From Piedraia hortae CBS 480.64 (Eukaryota), in assembly GCA_010093745.1 (NCBI GenBank), contig MU005960.1, positions 1-64,000 of the forward strand: a stretch of DNA of 64,000 nt, written 5' to 3'. The notes under the pieces are model-generated. The model ran no database searches and was not told the DNA's origin. It saw only the letters and a program-made list of their open reading frames with translations. The translations under genes and the position numbers were made by a program. Positions 46,222-58,397 of this stretch are shown here, in pieces; position 1 is the first letter of the stretch; each line of letters begins with the position of its first letter.

Positions 46222-47233
46222 CTACGTCGCCTTTGCTGGATCCTCGACACTGAACACATTTTTCTTCCCCTCCTGGGGCACTTTGCTGGTCCACACGATA
46301 TACGTATTCCCATGCACCGCCACCTCTCCCTTTATGTTTTTTTTTGCATCCTGCAGAGCGTCCATGACCTCTCTGCGCGTTTTCTGACCAAACAGCATTA
46401 GCCAACTTTGAGGATGGAATTGTCAAAGATCTACTCACCTCGCGCCTCTCACCCTGCAGGACAGAGATATGTGAGAGGGTGGAGTATCTATCCCAGACGC
46501 GATCTTTATCCATCCACGTCTCAAACGGCTCAACGTGTTCTCCCAACGGCAACGAAAAGTAGACATCTTTCCCGCCTTTCACGAGCGCCAACGGCGAGGA
46601 CTCGAGCTGATCATCAAATACCTGTCGCCACTTTTCATGTCTGAATCGGGATTCGTTGTCATCAAATGACCACGTCAGCTGATGAACGCGGCTCTCCCAC
46701 GGCGTAGCCGCATTATGATCCCGCGCGGCATTGTAGTCCTCGATATTCCACACTAAGACAAGCATGCCACGAGGTTTCAAAACCCTTTTCAACTCTTTCA
46801 ATGAATCCTCCGTCGCGAACCAGTGGAAGGCCTTTCCCAGCTTCAATCAGCCAGATAATTCCCACACCCAGCTACAAACGGAATGACCCACCTGAGCAAC
46901 AATAACAGCATCCATGCTCTCATCTTCGAGAGGAATATCCTCAGCTGCGCCCTTGAGGATTTTTACCCCTTTAAGCCCTTTCTCAGTGAGTACCTCTCGC
47001 ATCTGATCATGTGGTTCGACGGCGACGATATCGTATCCCTCTTCACGCCGCGCAAGCAACTCAGTAAACTTTCCCGTACCCGCTGCCAGGTCGAGGATGG
47101 CCGCGTGTTGGCGCCCCGCAACTCCCGCTTTGTCCAAGACGTATTGCACTACTGTGTGTGAGTACGATGGTCGGTAGAGGTCATAGTTCTTGCTCGCAGC
47201 GAACCCGGTTTGTGCTGAGTGGTGAAGGGGCAT
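46222..47233 (-). CDS. class I SAM-dependent methyltransferase (type 11), 3 exons
   Basis: YDLYRPSY, LDLAAGTGKFT, AVEPH, VAQ/AFHWF and LKPRG motifs. Introns near 46891-46838 and 46438-46384; the last exon ends ...PAKAT*. Confidence 0.9.
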
Positions 47234-49037
47234 TTTGCGGGTTTCGAAGTGGGGTTTCGATGAGCGGTTCGTTGGTAGAGTATGATATCACCTTTGTACC
47301 TTATGCATAAGGCGTTGTACGCGATGATGTAATCAGTGATTCGGCAGGGGAAAAGTGTTAAGAGGGCTGCTACCTGGTTGAGAGTGGTATCTGATCTAGA
47401 GCTATCTTTCTAAAGGTATCATGTGTGGCTGACGCCAGGCGAATTCGGTAGCGATTGGCTGTTGGAAACTAACGCTCATCCCAAGAGCCATCACGAGAGG
47501 TATTGGAGTGCTGTTCTGCGAATTCATCTGATTTGGACTGCTGATCTGACAGATGGGGGTCTGGCCATATAGGAAGACTGTTTGGAGAAAGCTTGATGTG
47601 TAAATGTCCAGGACGCTTAGAAAACAAGTTCCTATCTATGGAAAGAAATTCCCACGGATAAACGTTGTCTCCTGCACCTGTTATGTTCAAGTACCTTGCC
47701 TTCAAATCACAACTTGGGGAAGCAAACAACCAGCGAGGTAAGCGATACAAATATTTCGTTTTTATCCATGGTTGTGACCCCGCCCCCACCAATCTCGCCA
47801 GAGAGCGGTGGAGGCAGAGTCGCAACCACAGATTTTCCCATGCTGACACCGGGGTGAGCAAAAGCATCGTAGTGAACGTTTCGAACTGAGACAACCGCGA
47901 GCCCACGGACGTGAACAAAAGGTTTTTGGAGTCGGTGAGAACTCAGCCAAATAGAGAGTTGTTCCTCCTCACAGACGTCCGGCTTTGTTCTCGAACATCT
48001 TGGCTGCGCCCGCATAATCCCGATGACGTGCAGATGTGGCGCCTCTTTCAAATACGGCGGCAGTGGGGTGAAATACTAACGCAGAGCGGTTGAGACTAGG
48101 GTTATATTTAAATAGCAAAAACGATGATCGACACGCGTCAAGGACCGATGATATCTGAGATTCGTCCCAGTTGTGGGCCCTTCCTATTTCGTTGCATGCG
48201 TCTGTAGATTACCCAATAAGTGCGGGGCCCCGGAACTCGTAGTTTCGGAACGGCTCCCTGCAGGTCCGAACATTCTTATACGCGGCCGTCCCGGGACTAG
48301 GCAAGTGTAGCGCACTGACATGGGCAGGATGTCTCTCAACTTCCCCTGAGCCCTGATGATCAGACAGTTTCGGGACTTGCCAGATTGGCCCACAAGGGTC
48401 CTCCTCCGCCCAAGCACTGCCAGGTACTGGCAGTCAGGTGAAATGAAAAAAAAAAAACAATTGAACTATGACAGAGTTCTGGACCGATCAACCTGACTCG
48501 GAGAAGTGTGACAACTGATCAGAGTGGATGGAGGTACAAGATGCGTGAGGTGGCGGTGGCGGTGCCTGGACATGTGAAGGTGTCGCGCACAACAGAGCGC
48601 ATGCAGATGGCTGCAAAGAAGAACATCCTTGTTGGTTGAAAGACATCGAGGGTGAAGAAGAAATATCATCTACTGTACTTTAGCAAGAATAGAATTCGGG
48701 CGGTAGCCGAAGATGTGCGTCGCCCCAACAAGATTTGGCGCGTCCAAATAGAGAGTCCGTTAGTGGTCCGTGGGGCGAATGCAGCTCTCCATTCGTCCAT
48801 TCGTATTCACAGCTCCGATCCCGACAAAATACACTCCTCGACTTTCTGCCAGTTTTTATTTTGCTCGCTACGTCTGGCTTCAGTGTTTGCTTCAGTTGCT
48901 TTGGTCCAAGAATAACACCCGGCCACTCCCGCCCGAAGTGTTCCCGGAGTTCTCCCGACCCGCCACCGCCCCGCCCGTCGTCCCTCGCTCGAGCGCCGTC
49001 TGTCACGTCACACGTGGAACACTGGAAGGGGAAGGAC

Positions 49038-51560
49038 ATGCCAACGATTAAATCAGTATTTCAGAGGAGAAAGAGCGGAAACTTGACAGAGTTGGCCGTC
49101 CAGTCTTCGTTCAGGGTTTTGGATCAGCACGAAAAGCCGCCGACAACCGCTCCGCCCGGTTCGAGCAATGGCAATAGCAGCAATTCCGAGCGACCACCAA
49201 GCCAGCTGCGCCGCCTATTCCAACCACGGCGACAATCGGGAGAGCCGTCGGCCGTGGAGTCCAGCTGGTCAGCGACTCCAGATCGTACCAGTGGAGGAAC
49301 GACCAATTCGGGCTCCAGCGGTTTCTACGACTCAGCGAACACGTCTGCCCGACATAGCTCGTCCACGCTGCCATCATCTGTCGACAATGAGCGGGAGGAA
49401 CCGAAGCCTCGGACCATGCGGCGGGCGGATCCTCCTACCCTTCCATCGCCCTCACATCTCCACCCTATCCCTCAGTCTACCCGGGAAGCACCGGTTACAA
49501 TTCATGAAGAGCCACAGAGAAGTCCCGGCTATGGTCGCTCGGCAACTTCGGCCAGCGACGCGACGGTGCAGGGCTCTTCAACGGACTTTCGACGATCGCC
49601 GCGACCCCTGAATGCGATGGATGAACAATTTAAGGGCGCCGCTCCTGTTTTCCCTGCCCGGACACAACCAAGACAAACGTTTGTTCCTCCACCGTGGCCG
49701 CCGAGACGCGAGGGCGCCAGCTCACCTTCTGACAACGAAGGACCGGCATCCCCGGACCCATTAATTCCCGGTGGATCGGGCTTTGGCTCTCCAACACGCG
49801 ACGAGGCGAGAACAAGGCCAATACGAGGAACGGGCAAGGCTGGGTATTCTTTGGTTGGAGATCGCGAGTCTTGGTCAGCCGGCAGTTCGACCGGTGGAAA
49901 GCCCGATGACCGACGGATTCTGCCGCAAACGGACCGACGGGAAATCCCGCATCTTTCCGCAACGCCATCGACGCAGTCGTTCCGGTCCGCCAACGCAGGC
50001 TCTTGGCACGAGTCTGGGGATGATCTCTTTGTCGCGGGATCCAGCGCAACAACACCCAGGGCTAACAACGCTTTGGCAGTAGAGCCGGACGAGGCGCTCT
50101 TTGGTTCGTCTTCCATGGGCCCCGCAAGTCGCGCGGTCCGACCCGGCGGGGCACATGCTCGTACGCCGAGTGCTGCGCTGAAGAGGATGACATTGGCCGA
50201 ATTCGATGAGCTGCGACGCACTGACGACGCAGACGCCGACGAGGACGAAGAATCGCGAGCAGACGATGACGAAGAAGAGGCGGAACATGGCCGCAAAATG
50301 GCCCGGCAGCGGGCGCGCAACGAAGCCAACATGTCGGTGTACCGGCAGCAGATGAAGAAGGTGGCTGGTGGAGGGCTTTCGGGACTACCGTCATCACGGC
50401 CAAACATGGACAGGTCTGTCAGTGGTCCGGCATTTGGTATGCACATGGGCGGTATGGCTGGGCCCCCGCCGGCCGAGGCCTTGCGCGGGCGGCGAGACGA
50501 CGACGACGACGACGTCCCTCTTGGCATCCTGCAGGCGCACGGTTTTCCCGGCGGCGTTCCACCGTCACGGCCTCTGGAGAACGATATTTCACGGCGATCG
50601 TCTGGCATGTCGGTAGTGGGCGGAGACGGTGGGGCGATCCCGCCTTTTGCTAAGAGACTTCCGCAAGACCCTTACTTTGGCGCAGGGCTCGTGCGGCCGA
50701 CGCAGAGAGAGTCGCTCGGCTTTGCAGCGCCGTCTGAGTATGGCATTCCGGCTTCGTCGCCGTCTCCGGGCGGCTTGGTCGGTGTCATCGCCGACGAGGA
50801 ACGGGCGAGGGCGGCTCGTAGGGCAAATCCCAACCAAGCCAGCGGCTTCATGCCACCACCTAACCAACGCACACTGAGCATGAACATGATGCCGCTCGTA
50901 CACACACCGACTGGTATGCAGTGGACCAGCGCACCGCAGGACCCGCAGATGCAGCAGTTTATGCAGCTCCAGATGCAGCTAATGCAGAATATGCTCGCTC
51001 TGCAGCAACAACAGCAATTTGGCGTCGATTATACTGATGGACGGGCTATGAGCATGATGGGCCCGCCATCCGGCCGCGCCATGAGCGTCATGCAGCCGAT
51101 GCGTTGGGAAGCCGGCGCCAACGCCAGCAACGTAGCTCTTCCCCTGGGACCAAATTTACCGCGTCGTCCAACCAGTGCGATGCCCAACATGGGCGGAGCC
51201 GCTGCCTATGCACCTTCCATTGCGCCCAGCGAACGGAGCAACATCGGCCTTCCTAACCGCTACAGACCAGTGTCAACCCTGGATCTTAGGAGTATGTCTA
51301 CTCTTGGCGTAGATACCACGGCGTACAGTAAGCAGCAAGCCTCCCCGGACACAAATGTCAAAACAACAGTGCGGGTTGTGGACAAACCAAAGGGAAGCCC
51401 CAGGATGCAGAGACCACAGTCTTCTTCGGCGCTGAACAGCGAAGAGGACGAAGAGGGTTGGGCTGAAATGGCCCGCAAACGGAATGAGCAGAAGAAGAAG
51501 TTTTGGGCCAGACGGTCGTCGAGGATCGCCGAGGAGGCCCCCACGGCTGTCTTGGGGTAG
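49038..51560 (+). CDS. large low-complexity fungal protein of unknown function
   Basis: 840-aa ATG-initiated ORF with conserved-looking blocks (DDDVPLGILQAHGFP, LPQDPYFGAGLV, GGLVGVIADEERARAARR, PSIAPSERSNIGLP.RYRPV). Confidence 0.85.
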   Translation: MPTIKSVFQRRKSGNLTELAVQSSFRVLDQHEKPPTTAPPGSSNGNSSNSERPPSQLRRLFQPRRQSGEPSAVESSWSATPDRTSGGTTNSGSSGFYDSANTSARHSSSTLPSSVDNEREEPKPRTMRRADPPTLPSPSHLHPIPQSTREAPVTIHEEPQRSPGYGRSATSASDATVQGSSTDFRRSPRPLNAMDEQFKGAAPVFPARTQPRQTFVPPPWPPRREGASSPSDNEGPASPDPLIPGGSGFGSPTRDEARTRPIRGTGKAGYSLVGDRESWSAGSSTGGKPDDRRILPQTDRREIPHLSATPSTQSFRSANAGSWHESGDDLFVAGSSATTPRANNALAVEPDEALFGSSSMGPASRAVRPGGAHARTPSAALKRMTLAEFDELRRTDDADADEDEESRADDDEEEAEHGRKMARQRARNEANMSVYRQQMKKVAGGGLSGLPSSRPNMDRSVSGPAFGMHMGGMAGPPPAEALRGRRDDDDDDVPLGILQAHGFPGGVPPSRPLENDISRRSSGMSVVGGDGGAIPPFAKRLPQDPYFGAGLVRPTQRESLGFAAPSEYGIPASSPSPGGLVGVIADEERARAARRANPNQASGFMPPPNQRTLSMNMMPLVHTPTGMQWTSAPQDPQMQQFMQLQMQLMQNMLALQQQQQFGVDYTDGRAMSMMGPPSGRAMSVMQPMRWEAGANASNVALPLGPNLPRRPTSAMPNMGGAAAYAPSIAPSERSNIGLPNRYRPVSTLDLRSMSTLGVDTTAYSKQQASPDTNVKTTVRVVDKPKGSPRMQRPQSSSALNSEEDEEGWAEMARKRNEQKKKFWARRSSRIAEEAPTAVLG

Positions 51561-51997
51561 ATGTACATTTGAACACTTCCATTTGATTAGATGTGCGTGG
51601 AGCAGAGTACGTGTAGATGGACGGGTGGGGGATGTAATGGTAATTTTTTTGAAGAATCCAAACTTTTGCATGGGAGCGTGCTATCATATAAGTATCTGGG
51701 GCTGTCATTTCCATGGAGATTGAAGCTAAGGCTAAAGTTGCTTTGACTTGTCAACATTCATGCTTACAAGTACATATGTCGGTGCCAAGTCTCCCGCAGC
51801 AGGTAAAGTGCCTCGTGAATCAAACCTTCATCCAATGTCAACTGGACTCATGGCAGGCGGTTGGCAAGTAAAGAGAGATCGAACCAATAATCTTTGCGTT
51901 GGCTATATATATTCTACGCGTCTGTCTGGGCCACGCCAACACGGACTCTACTCTACGGGTCCTCCCCATCTCTTACGTTCTCTATACGGCGTGTTTA

Positions 51998-52053
51998 CTG
52001 GGCTCAAGTCAGCAAAGCGGCTCAGGCAGTAGAGAAAACAGAAATCGACTCAC
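51998..52053 (-). other. predicted 56-nt intron in the eRF1 3'UTR
   Basis: Minus strand reads GTGAGT (52053), a pyrimidine tract, GCTGAC branch and CAG (51998). Size and signals match the coding introns in this window. Confidence 0.75.
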
Positions 52054-52170
52054 GCTCGTTCTTTACGTTCACGGTGCGGCTGCAACGTTCGACCGCGACT
52101 TCCCCCCGCGGCGCGGCGATTGGGGGGGAGGCAGAGGAGAAGAAAACGCGCCACTCGGCGAAGATGTCAG

Positions 52171-53463
52171 TCAATCGTCATAGAATTCATCATCAGAATC
52201 CTCGGCTAGCTGCTCAAAGTTGAGCTTGTACCGCAGCATGGCTCCAATGCCGCTAAAGCCGTGCACAAACTGGTCGCCCTCGGCCGAGCGGTCCGAGACA
52301 AACTCCAGCTTGGCCCCAAACTCTTGATACTTGTCGGCGAGCCATTCCAGGAACGGCTGCTGGTCGATGACCTCCATCTCAGTGTTGGTCTCTTTGTCAG
52401 TCAGCTGCTCGCGGTCTGGCTGTGCACCATTCGTGTGGACGATGACCGTCGAACCAGAACTGCTTCTTAGCTCCCAGCGCGTAATCTCAAGGTTTTCGTA
52501 GACAATAAGCGTCTCGGCAGCACCGGCTTCAAGCGCTTTGAGTGTATCATCTATGCCGTAACACACTCTGCCGCTGTCCTGGCTGATCTCGTCAAAATAG
52601 GCGCCAATGAGTTTCTTCTCCTGGATAAACTTGACATTGGAGAGGGTTTCGGCAGCGAGTTCGATGGCTTGGTTGAACCCGTTCTCGCCGCCATAACTGA
52701 CATCTACCACCTTGATGACGCGCGCCTGAAGACGCTGGTCGAACATATCGGACTGATTTAAGTCGTTTTTGAAATCAGCCGAACCGGCGAGAATCAGCCC
52801 AGCCACATTGACCTTATCGTTCGTAATGAAGTTCTGTACCGCCAATTCGGCGACCTTGCGCACGTAATTGTGACGTTTCTCCTCGCGAAGACGTGAAAAC
52901 CGGAGCGCCGACTGGCCACCGCGGCCGTGCTTCTTGGGAAGATCGACACTCAGCTTGTGAATGATCTCGCGGGTGTTCCCCGACAAGGTGCCCAGCAGCA
53001 CACCGTTTCCGTCCATGACTATGAATCCGAACTTCTGGTCTGACTCCAGCAGCTCGCTGAGAGCCTCCGTGTGGAACTTGTTGTCGCATAGGTACAGCGA
53101 GGTGTTGATGGGCTTGAAGGGCTCGAAGTCAATGTTGATCTTGCGCTCTTTTCCTTCGCTGGTGACGATTTCACCGCAGTAGACCACGAGGCCGTTGGGC
53201 GGCACCTTGTTGTACAGCTTCAGTCGCTGCTGCGTCGACGTAATGGCCGACAGTACCGACAGCCTGTTCACCCGGGACTTAATGTTGCTTGCCGTGCCGT
53301 ACTCTTCTGCCAACATCTTGTTAATGCGTGAGACTTGGTCTTTGGGCGGGATAATCAGGCTGATCATCGATGTGCCATTACCGCGTGCCGCTTCCAGCCG
53401 CTTGATCAGCTTCTTCACCTTCCACATTTCAATATTCTTGTCTGCATCATTAGCCTGCGACAT
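52171..53463 (-). CDS. SUP45: eukaryotic peptide chain release factor 1
   Basis: TASNIKS, YLCDNKF and GRGGQS motifs. Intronless CDS with ATG at 53463. Confidence 0.98.
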   Translation of the reverse strand: MSQANDADKNIEMWKVKKLIKRLEAARGNGTSMISLIIPPKDQVSRINKMLAEEYGTASNIKSRVNRLSVLSAITSTQQRLKLYNKVPPNGLVVYCGEIVTSEGKERKINIDFEPFKPINTSLYLCDNKFHTEALSELLESDQKFGFIVMDGNGVLLGTLSGNTREIIHKLSVDLPKKHGRGGQSALRFSRLREEKRHNYVRKVAELAVQNFITNDKVNVAGLILAGSADFKNDLNQSDMFDQRLQARVIKVVDVSYGGENGFNQAIELAAETLSNVKFIQEKKLIGAYFDEISQDSGRVCYGIDDTLKALEAGAAETLIVYENLEITRWELRSSSGSTVIVHTNGAQPDREQLTDKETNTEMEVIDQQPFLEWLADKYQEFGAKLEFVSDRSAEGDQFVHGFSGIGAMLRYKLNFEQLAEDSDDEFYDD

Positions 53464-53950
53464 CGTGGCGCTCTGTGTTCGCTCTGTGTTGGTGTGCAAT
53501 CGAATTTTTTCGAAGTGGCCGCGGGGGGTGAAATATTCCGCTGCGGGGTCTTCAATGACTCATATTATGTAAGCACCAGTAGGCCGGCAGCGCCCGTGAT
53601 CACACTATATCGCATCTAGGTCTCGTCATGACCTTCCTTCGAGCGTCATGACCAATTATCAGGGCTAAAGCTTCCATGAGTCATGACATGAAGTGCCCTT
53701 TTTTCGTGCAACTGGACAGCGAGAGATTGAGTAGTAGGAACAATCGGCCTGAAACAGAGGTAAAGCCTCCGCACCTGTAAAATCCTTACTCCTAATCCTA
53801 TGGCGTAAGTCTTAGAACAGTACTCGTAGTTTATGTCCCACAAAAATTTGACCTGTCCCGATTCGGTAAGCGCCGATGACTGGCCGATACCGGGTATCAG
53901 ATGTTTATGAGATGTTGACGCTGAAAAACATGCTCTAAAACCTCCCCACC

Positions 53951-54524
53951 ATGCATGATAAACCCTGCGTTTGCATCCATGTCTACCACCGCGATCGCCT
54001 TCCTGTGGGCAAAGAGAATCACAAGAAATACGGCAACGGCATTTACCACTGGGCAATCTGGGTATGCCCCAAATCTGCCGACGCACTTGATCAAACCACC
54101 ACTTTCGATGCAACCGACGGCCTTCGTGTCACGCCAGAAGGCAAGACCATCAATCCGGACCTAAGCAGGTGGTATCGTCTGCGCAAACATGAAGACCCGA
54201 CCAGGAACCCAAAGTTTCTTACCGCTATCTATATAGGAAAGTTGCCCAAGAGCATCACCGTAGACAATGTAGAGAAGATGTTGGGGACGATGCCCCTGCC
54301 ACGCAAAACTCATGTCCCAAGAGAGAGCTTCGTCTCCTGGGCACGAAACGCTATACTAAGGTTGCAGAAGGAAGGCTGTGTAGATAGATTTTGATTTTGT
54401 TGAGGTTATGAAATTTGCCATACAGCAAGGCGGTTTGGCTATCATGAATGGGCTTTCGGGGGACTCGGATATGTGGTTTAAGCATTTCAAGAAACCGAAG
54501 CGGGGTGGCTCTTGTGGGTTGTAA
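53951..54524 (+). pseudogene. frameshifted fungal protein with YHWAIWV and 'S-[C>F]-VSW' motifs (DUF6914-like by recollection)
   Basis: The ORF stops at 54394 inside a T4 run. Deleting one T extends it with FDFVEVMKFAIQQG... to TAA at 54524. Confidence 0.55.
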
Positions 54525-56443
54525 ATGTTTGGCCACGCTATATTGGGCCTTGATATGGCAGCTGGACTTTGCACTCATCCTTGTGTTAGCAATCTGTGCA
54601 ATCCAATCAGCTCTACCAGCACTTGGATGTCGATATTCCATGTCCTTCTCATAACTTTCACTAAGCGGTGCAAGCTGCAAGTCATGAGTTATATCCCCCG
54701 AAAACTTGGAAAAACAAGTGTGTGTCAGAACCATGGGCAGTGAGGCAGAGAAGTTGTTCATATCTATTCTTTTATGAAACTGGTGCAGCTCTAGGATTTG
54801 TGGAGAAATTCTCCCTTCATCAAAGAGGTTTGGCTGCACGCCTGGGAGTACGAAAACACCATCCCGAGAGTATTCCTCAAGGTAGAGAGTTGCTTGACTC
54901 TGCACTTTCGCCATGATTGGTAAATGAACTGGAGTAGGGTGCATGACTCCAAGTTATTCATGCGTAGAAACCTGTTTCATACTCATCATAGCCCAATGGT
55001 TACCACTCGAAACATGGACCTACAAAGCAGCACGCATTATAACGCTACGACTTCACTAGTATGCGAGCATGCTCTCTGCGGTCGGATGCTAGAAACCCTG
55101 GTGGGAAAGTTTGCGGGGTGTGAGTTCGTGGTTCCGTATTTTTTTCAAGGAGAATGAGGCGGTATTAATTGGAGAGGGAGGGGAAAGGCATCTTGCGTGG
55201 AAGCTTGGGTTCGGATGAGATGGGTTTTGATGGAACTTCCTACTTTTCCTCTCGTGTGGATGTTTGTGTGCCCAGGTTTGTCACACACGTTCGTGAACTA
55301 GGTGCGCACGCGCCCCAGCATGCGAGTGGTGCCATATAAACAAACAAACTACTGGCTTCTGTCAAGGCGCATAGTTTCAATGGAAGCAAGACATGATAAA
55401 AGGGAAATTAAGCAATGTTTGGGTACGCAGTGGTGAATTTGCCAGTGTCCGGAAAGCGTACAGAGGGAGATGGTTAGAAAATGAGGAACTGGCTTCCCCT
55501 ACGTGCTTTGGCGTAGTTCCAACTAGAGTGCTAAGACCAGTTCCGACAGAAGCGACAACAATGCCTGTGAATGCGATCACTGTTTAGCGACTGCTAGACG
55601 CTAGCACCATTCCAACGCTCTATATAACAAGCGCCTGGCTCAGCGCAAGGTCGTCTCGGGTCTCAAGCATCCACATGAGGCACTTACTGTCTAGTGTCCG
55701 AACCGTCGTTCGGGATGCCACTGTACACCTTCAGCTGTGCAGAAGATGCACACCAATCTGTCAAGGAACAGCTGTATAACGACACCTATGCCAGTGATAA
55801 TGACACAAATTCTACGTCACGGAACATGCGAAGAAGATATTTGCACAATCAGTAACTGAGCTTTGGGTTGTTGACTTATCGTCTGCTTTCCCATCATCTC
55901 CACAACATGGAAACAAGGCAGAATATAGCATAATTGTCTACCGCAAGGCTGGTTCAGTGATTATCAATGCACTCGTCAAGTCTTGCGACAGGACAAGATG
56001 TGTGAAGAGTCGATAGAGAAGATCGCCTCCAGTATCGTTATGCAAGACCAGAGCGTTGTACTGATCAGGTTACAATAAAAGCCGCACACACGTCCACGGT
56101 ATCACTACAGTGACAGACCTCAGGGGGGGAACTCGTTGCTTTCGACGGGAATTTAAGAAGTTGGGAACAAGCCAAAAGTGGGCCCACGCAGGTCGGGTTT
56201 TGTCGGGTCTTGAGTTGTGCAAATTGACACGGCCGACTCGCACTAAGCTTCTTGCCCACTTTTGACATCTCCGAGCTTGACAAGAACACCACAAAAACAC
56301 ATCAAAAACACACATTCGCCTGGATCTCACCGTCTCTCTGCACGCTGTCTTGTTGTAAAGGTTCCAACTACCGCTGAATTCTAGTCGTAGCGACAATGCA
56401 AAGCAACTCACACGAAAACTTCAACACTCACTCGAACATTACG

Positions 56444-57100
56444 ATGATCTTTTCGCCGCGCATGCCCAACGACTGTCTCAGGCCGCTGCACACCACAGAC
56501 GTCAACGAAGTCGCACTCGATTCCATCGCGAAGCAGTGGCATCCGGTAGGGCTGACTCAGCCTGCCAACTTTGGCATAGTCAAAACGGGAAGCATTTATC
56601 GCTCCTCATTCCCCAACGGGAAGAGCTTGTCACTTCTCGAGTCTTTGCGCATCCAGGCAATTCTGTACGCTAAGCACGAATGATCTCAAAACGAAAAATT
56701 TGCTAACAATAGCATAGATGATTAGTTGACACGCCACCATCAGAGGCCTATACCCAGTGGGTAGCCCGCTCGGTATTGGAAGACTGTAACTCAGCCTGCT
56801 CCCAAACAGAAATGGAGCGGAGATCTTTATGACCCTGAAATCCTAGCACCGGGCCTTGGTATTCCTTGGTCGAGCGGCTGCTGCTGGCCTTCCAATCTTG
56901 ATCCATTGCAACAAGAGTCGCCATCGCACAGGATGTGTGTGACTTGCCTCCGTAAGTTACATGGTGGCGAGATTGAAGATATTTTGGCGGATTTCATAAG
57001 CTTTGCCGCACCCAAGCAGCGTCTTGGCGATATGAATCTGATCCACCAGTTCGATCCATCACTGATTGAAACGGTTTTAACACGCCTTTTTTTCACACAT
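56444..57100 (+). pseudogene. Siw14/Oca-family (PFA-DSP) phosphatase pseudogene
   Basis: PANFGIV..GSIYRSSFP, then an intron, then LIHCNKSRHRTGCV followed by TGA. TCLRKL...FAAPKQRLGD..LIHQFD continues in another frame. Confidence 0.8.
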
Positions 57101-57608
57101 GCACTATTACGAACGAACCAGTTTGACGTAGTATGGAATTTTATGATAAAGTGTAGGAGAGAGAGAAGACAGTGGATGACAGTGGTGATTAAGGAAAGAG
57201 CAACATAGTCAAGGTTCTTTCTATGGGGCTGCTAGTAGGGAGAAGTGAACAAAGAAACCTCTGTAGCTGCACAGAAGACAGTACATTTGGTGATAACTCT
57301 TCCACTGTTTCTCAACCTACATTAGTTTGCCCTCTCTTCTCATAACTGTGGTTTCTCCATCACGCACCGACATTCCCACAGGTAGGGTCAAGTGCCAGAA
57401 CTGTCTCCACTAGGAAGCCCTCGCCACAACCTTAACTCTGCCGTAGAGACATCAATTTTGTACGGGATATCATCGTAGACTGACACCCACCCTAGTGATC
57501 ATCACGAACAAGGATTTTGCAGTGTTGTGGCAATTGAAAGCGACATTTTCCCTGCACCTTGGCAGAGACAAGCATAAAAACATGCTACGCCGCACCAGCG
57601 TTAAAGCG

Positions 57609-58040
57609 TGTAGGAATCTAGCTCCCGCGGGTGAGAGTGCGCAGCGACCCGAACTAGGAGGACGAAGCGATAGACGGAATCAGGGACAGGACAGAAGGGA
57701 CAGGACAGAAGGGACAGGACAGAAGGGACAGGACAGAAGGGACAGGACAGAAGGGACAGGACAGATGTAGATGTATATGAGTCAATACCAGTGTCGATAT
57801 GACAGTGTGAATGGCTGTCTATCTCTATGAGGGGATGTCAGAATGAAAATCCTGTACCGGTGGGCCGGTAACGTCACGTCGTACACTAGCAGGGCGCATT
57901 CACCATGTCACATATGACATGGCCCTGAGGGAAAACCTCTGTGAGGGAAAAACCTAGGGTGCAGCTGGTAGTGTAGGAGGTATCGCTAACTTGCTATGCA
58001 AGTGCCCCGCATACGCTAGCGGCGATGCTTGAATCCAACA
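57609..58040 (-). mobile_element. LTR, family A2 (inverted), with internal minisatellite
   Basis: Reverse complement aligns to 37134-37493; no direct TSD. Confidence 0.9.
57683..57765 (+). repeat. 14-bp minisatellite (GGGACAGGACAGAA) x ~6
   Basis: Seen directly; single-copy at the equivalent site of the 37-kb LTR. Confidence 0.95.
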
Positions 58041-58397
58041 CTCTTTTGTTGATACACTTCGTTAGACCGTATCACATCTCTTTTCATTATGTCACTTCAA
58101 ATATATAACGTTACGCTTCAATTGCTATGTGCATACGTGAACGACTAGTTGCTCCTACGCCGTAAATAACTCCCAAGAAAGAGAACATGGCGCCAAGAAA
58201 CGCGACTCGTCCCAGCGCTGCATCTAGAAAGATGACTAAGAATACGGTAGTGGCGGCCAGCCAGAGGTGGAATCGTTCGCCTTCGAGTTCCAACAGCCTC
58301 TCAGCGACCCGGCTACCAGCGAGCCTTCCATTAGCATCAGCAACTCGTCCGTCAACCCCTCCGTCATCGGCTTGCCATGGTGTAGCCACGAGAACAA

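Noticed and set aside
47323..47394. C/D box snoRNA
   Set aside because: Imperfect C box, no terminal stem and no guide I can match to rRNA.
42451..50608. Long antisense ORFs (42451-43422, 44779-45439, 49529-50608)
   Set aside because: Shadows of GC-rich coding sequence on the opposite strand.
53464..53499. TTG-initiated extension of eRF1
   Set aside because: ATG 53463 has good context and matches the normal eRF1 N-terminus.
57683..57765. CRISPR-like array
   Set aside because: Contiguous 14-bp units with no spacers, in a eukaryotic LTR.
58041..58397. Spacer inversion by recombination between the inverted LTRs
   Set aside because: The flanks do not show the swapped reverse-complement TSD pattern such an inversion predicts.
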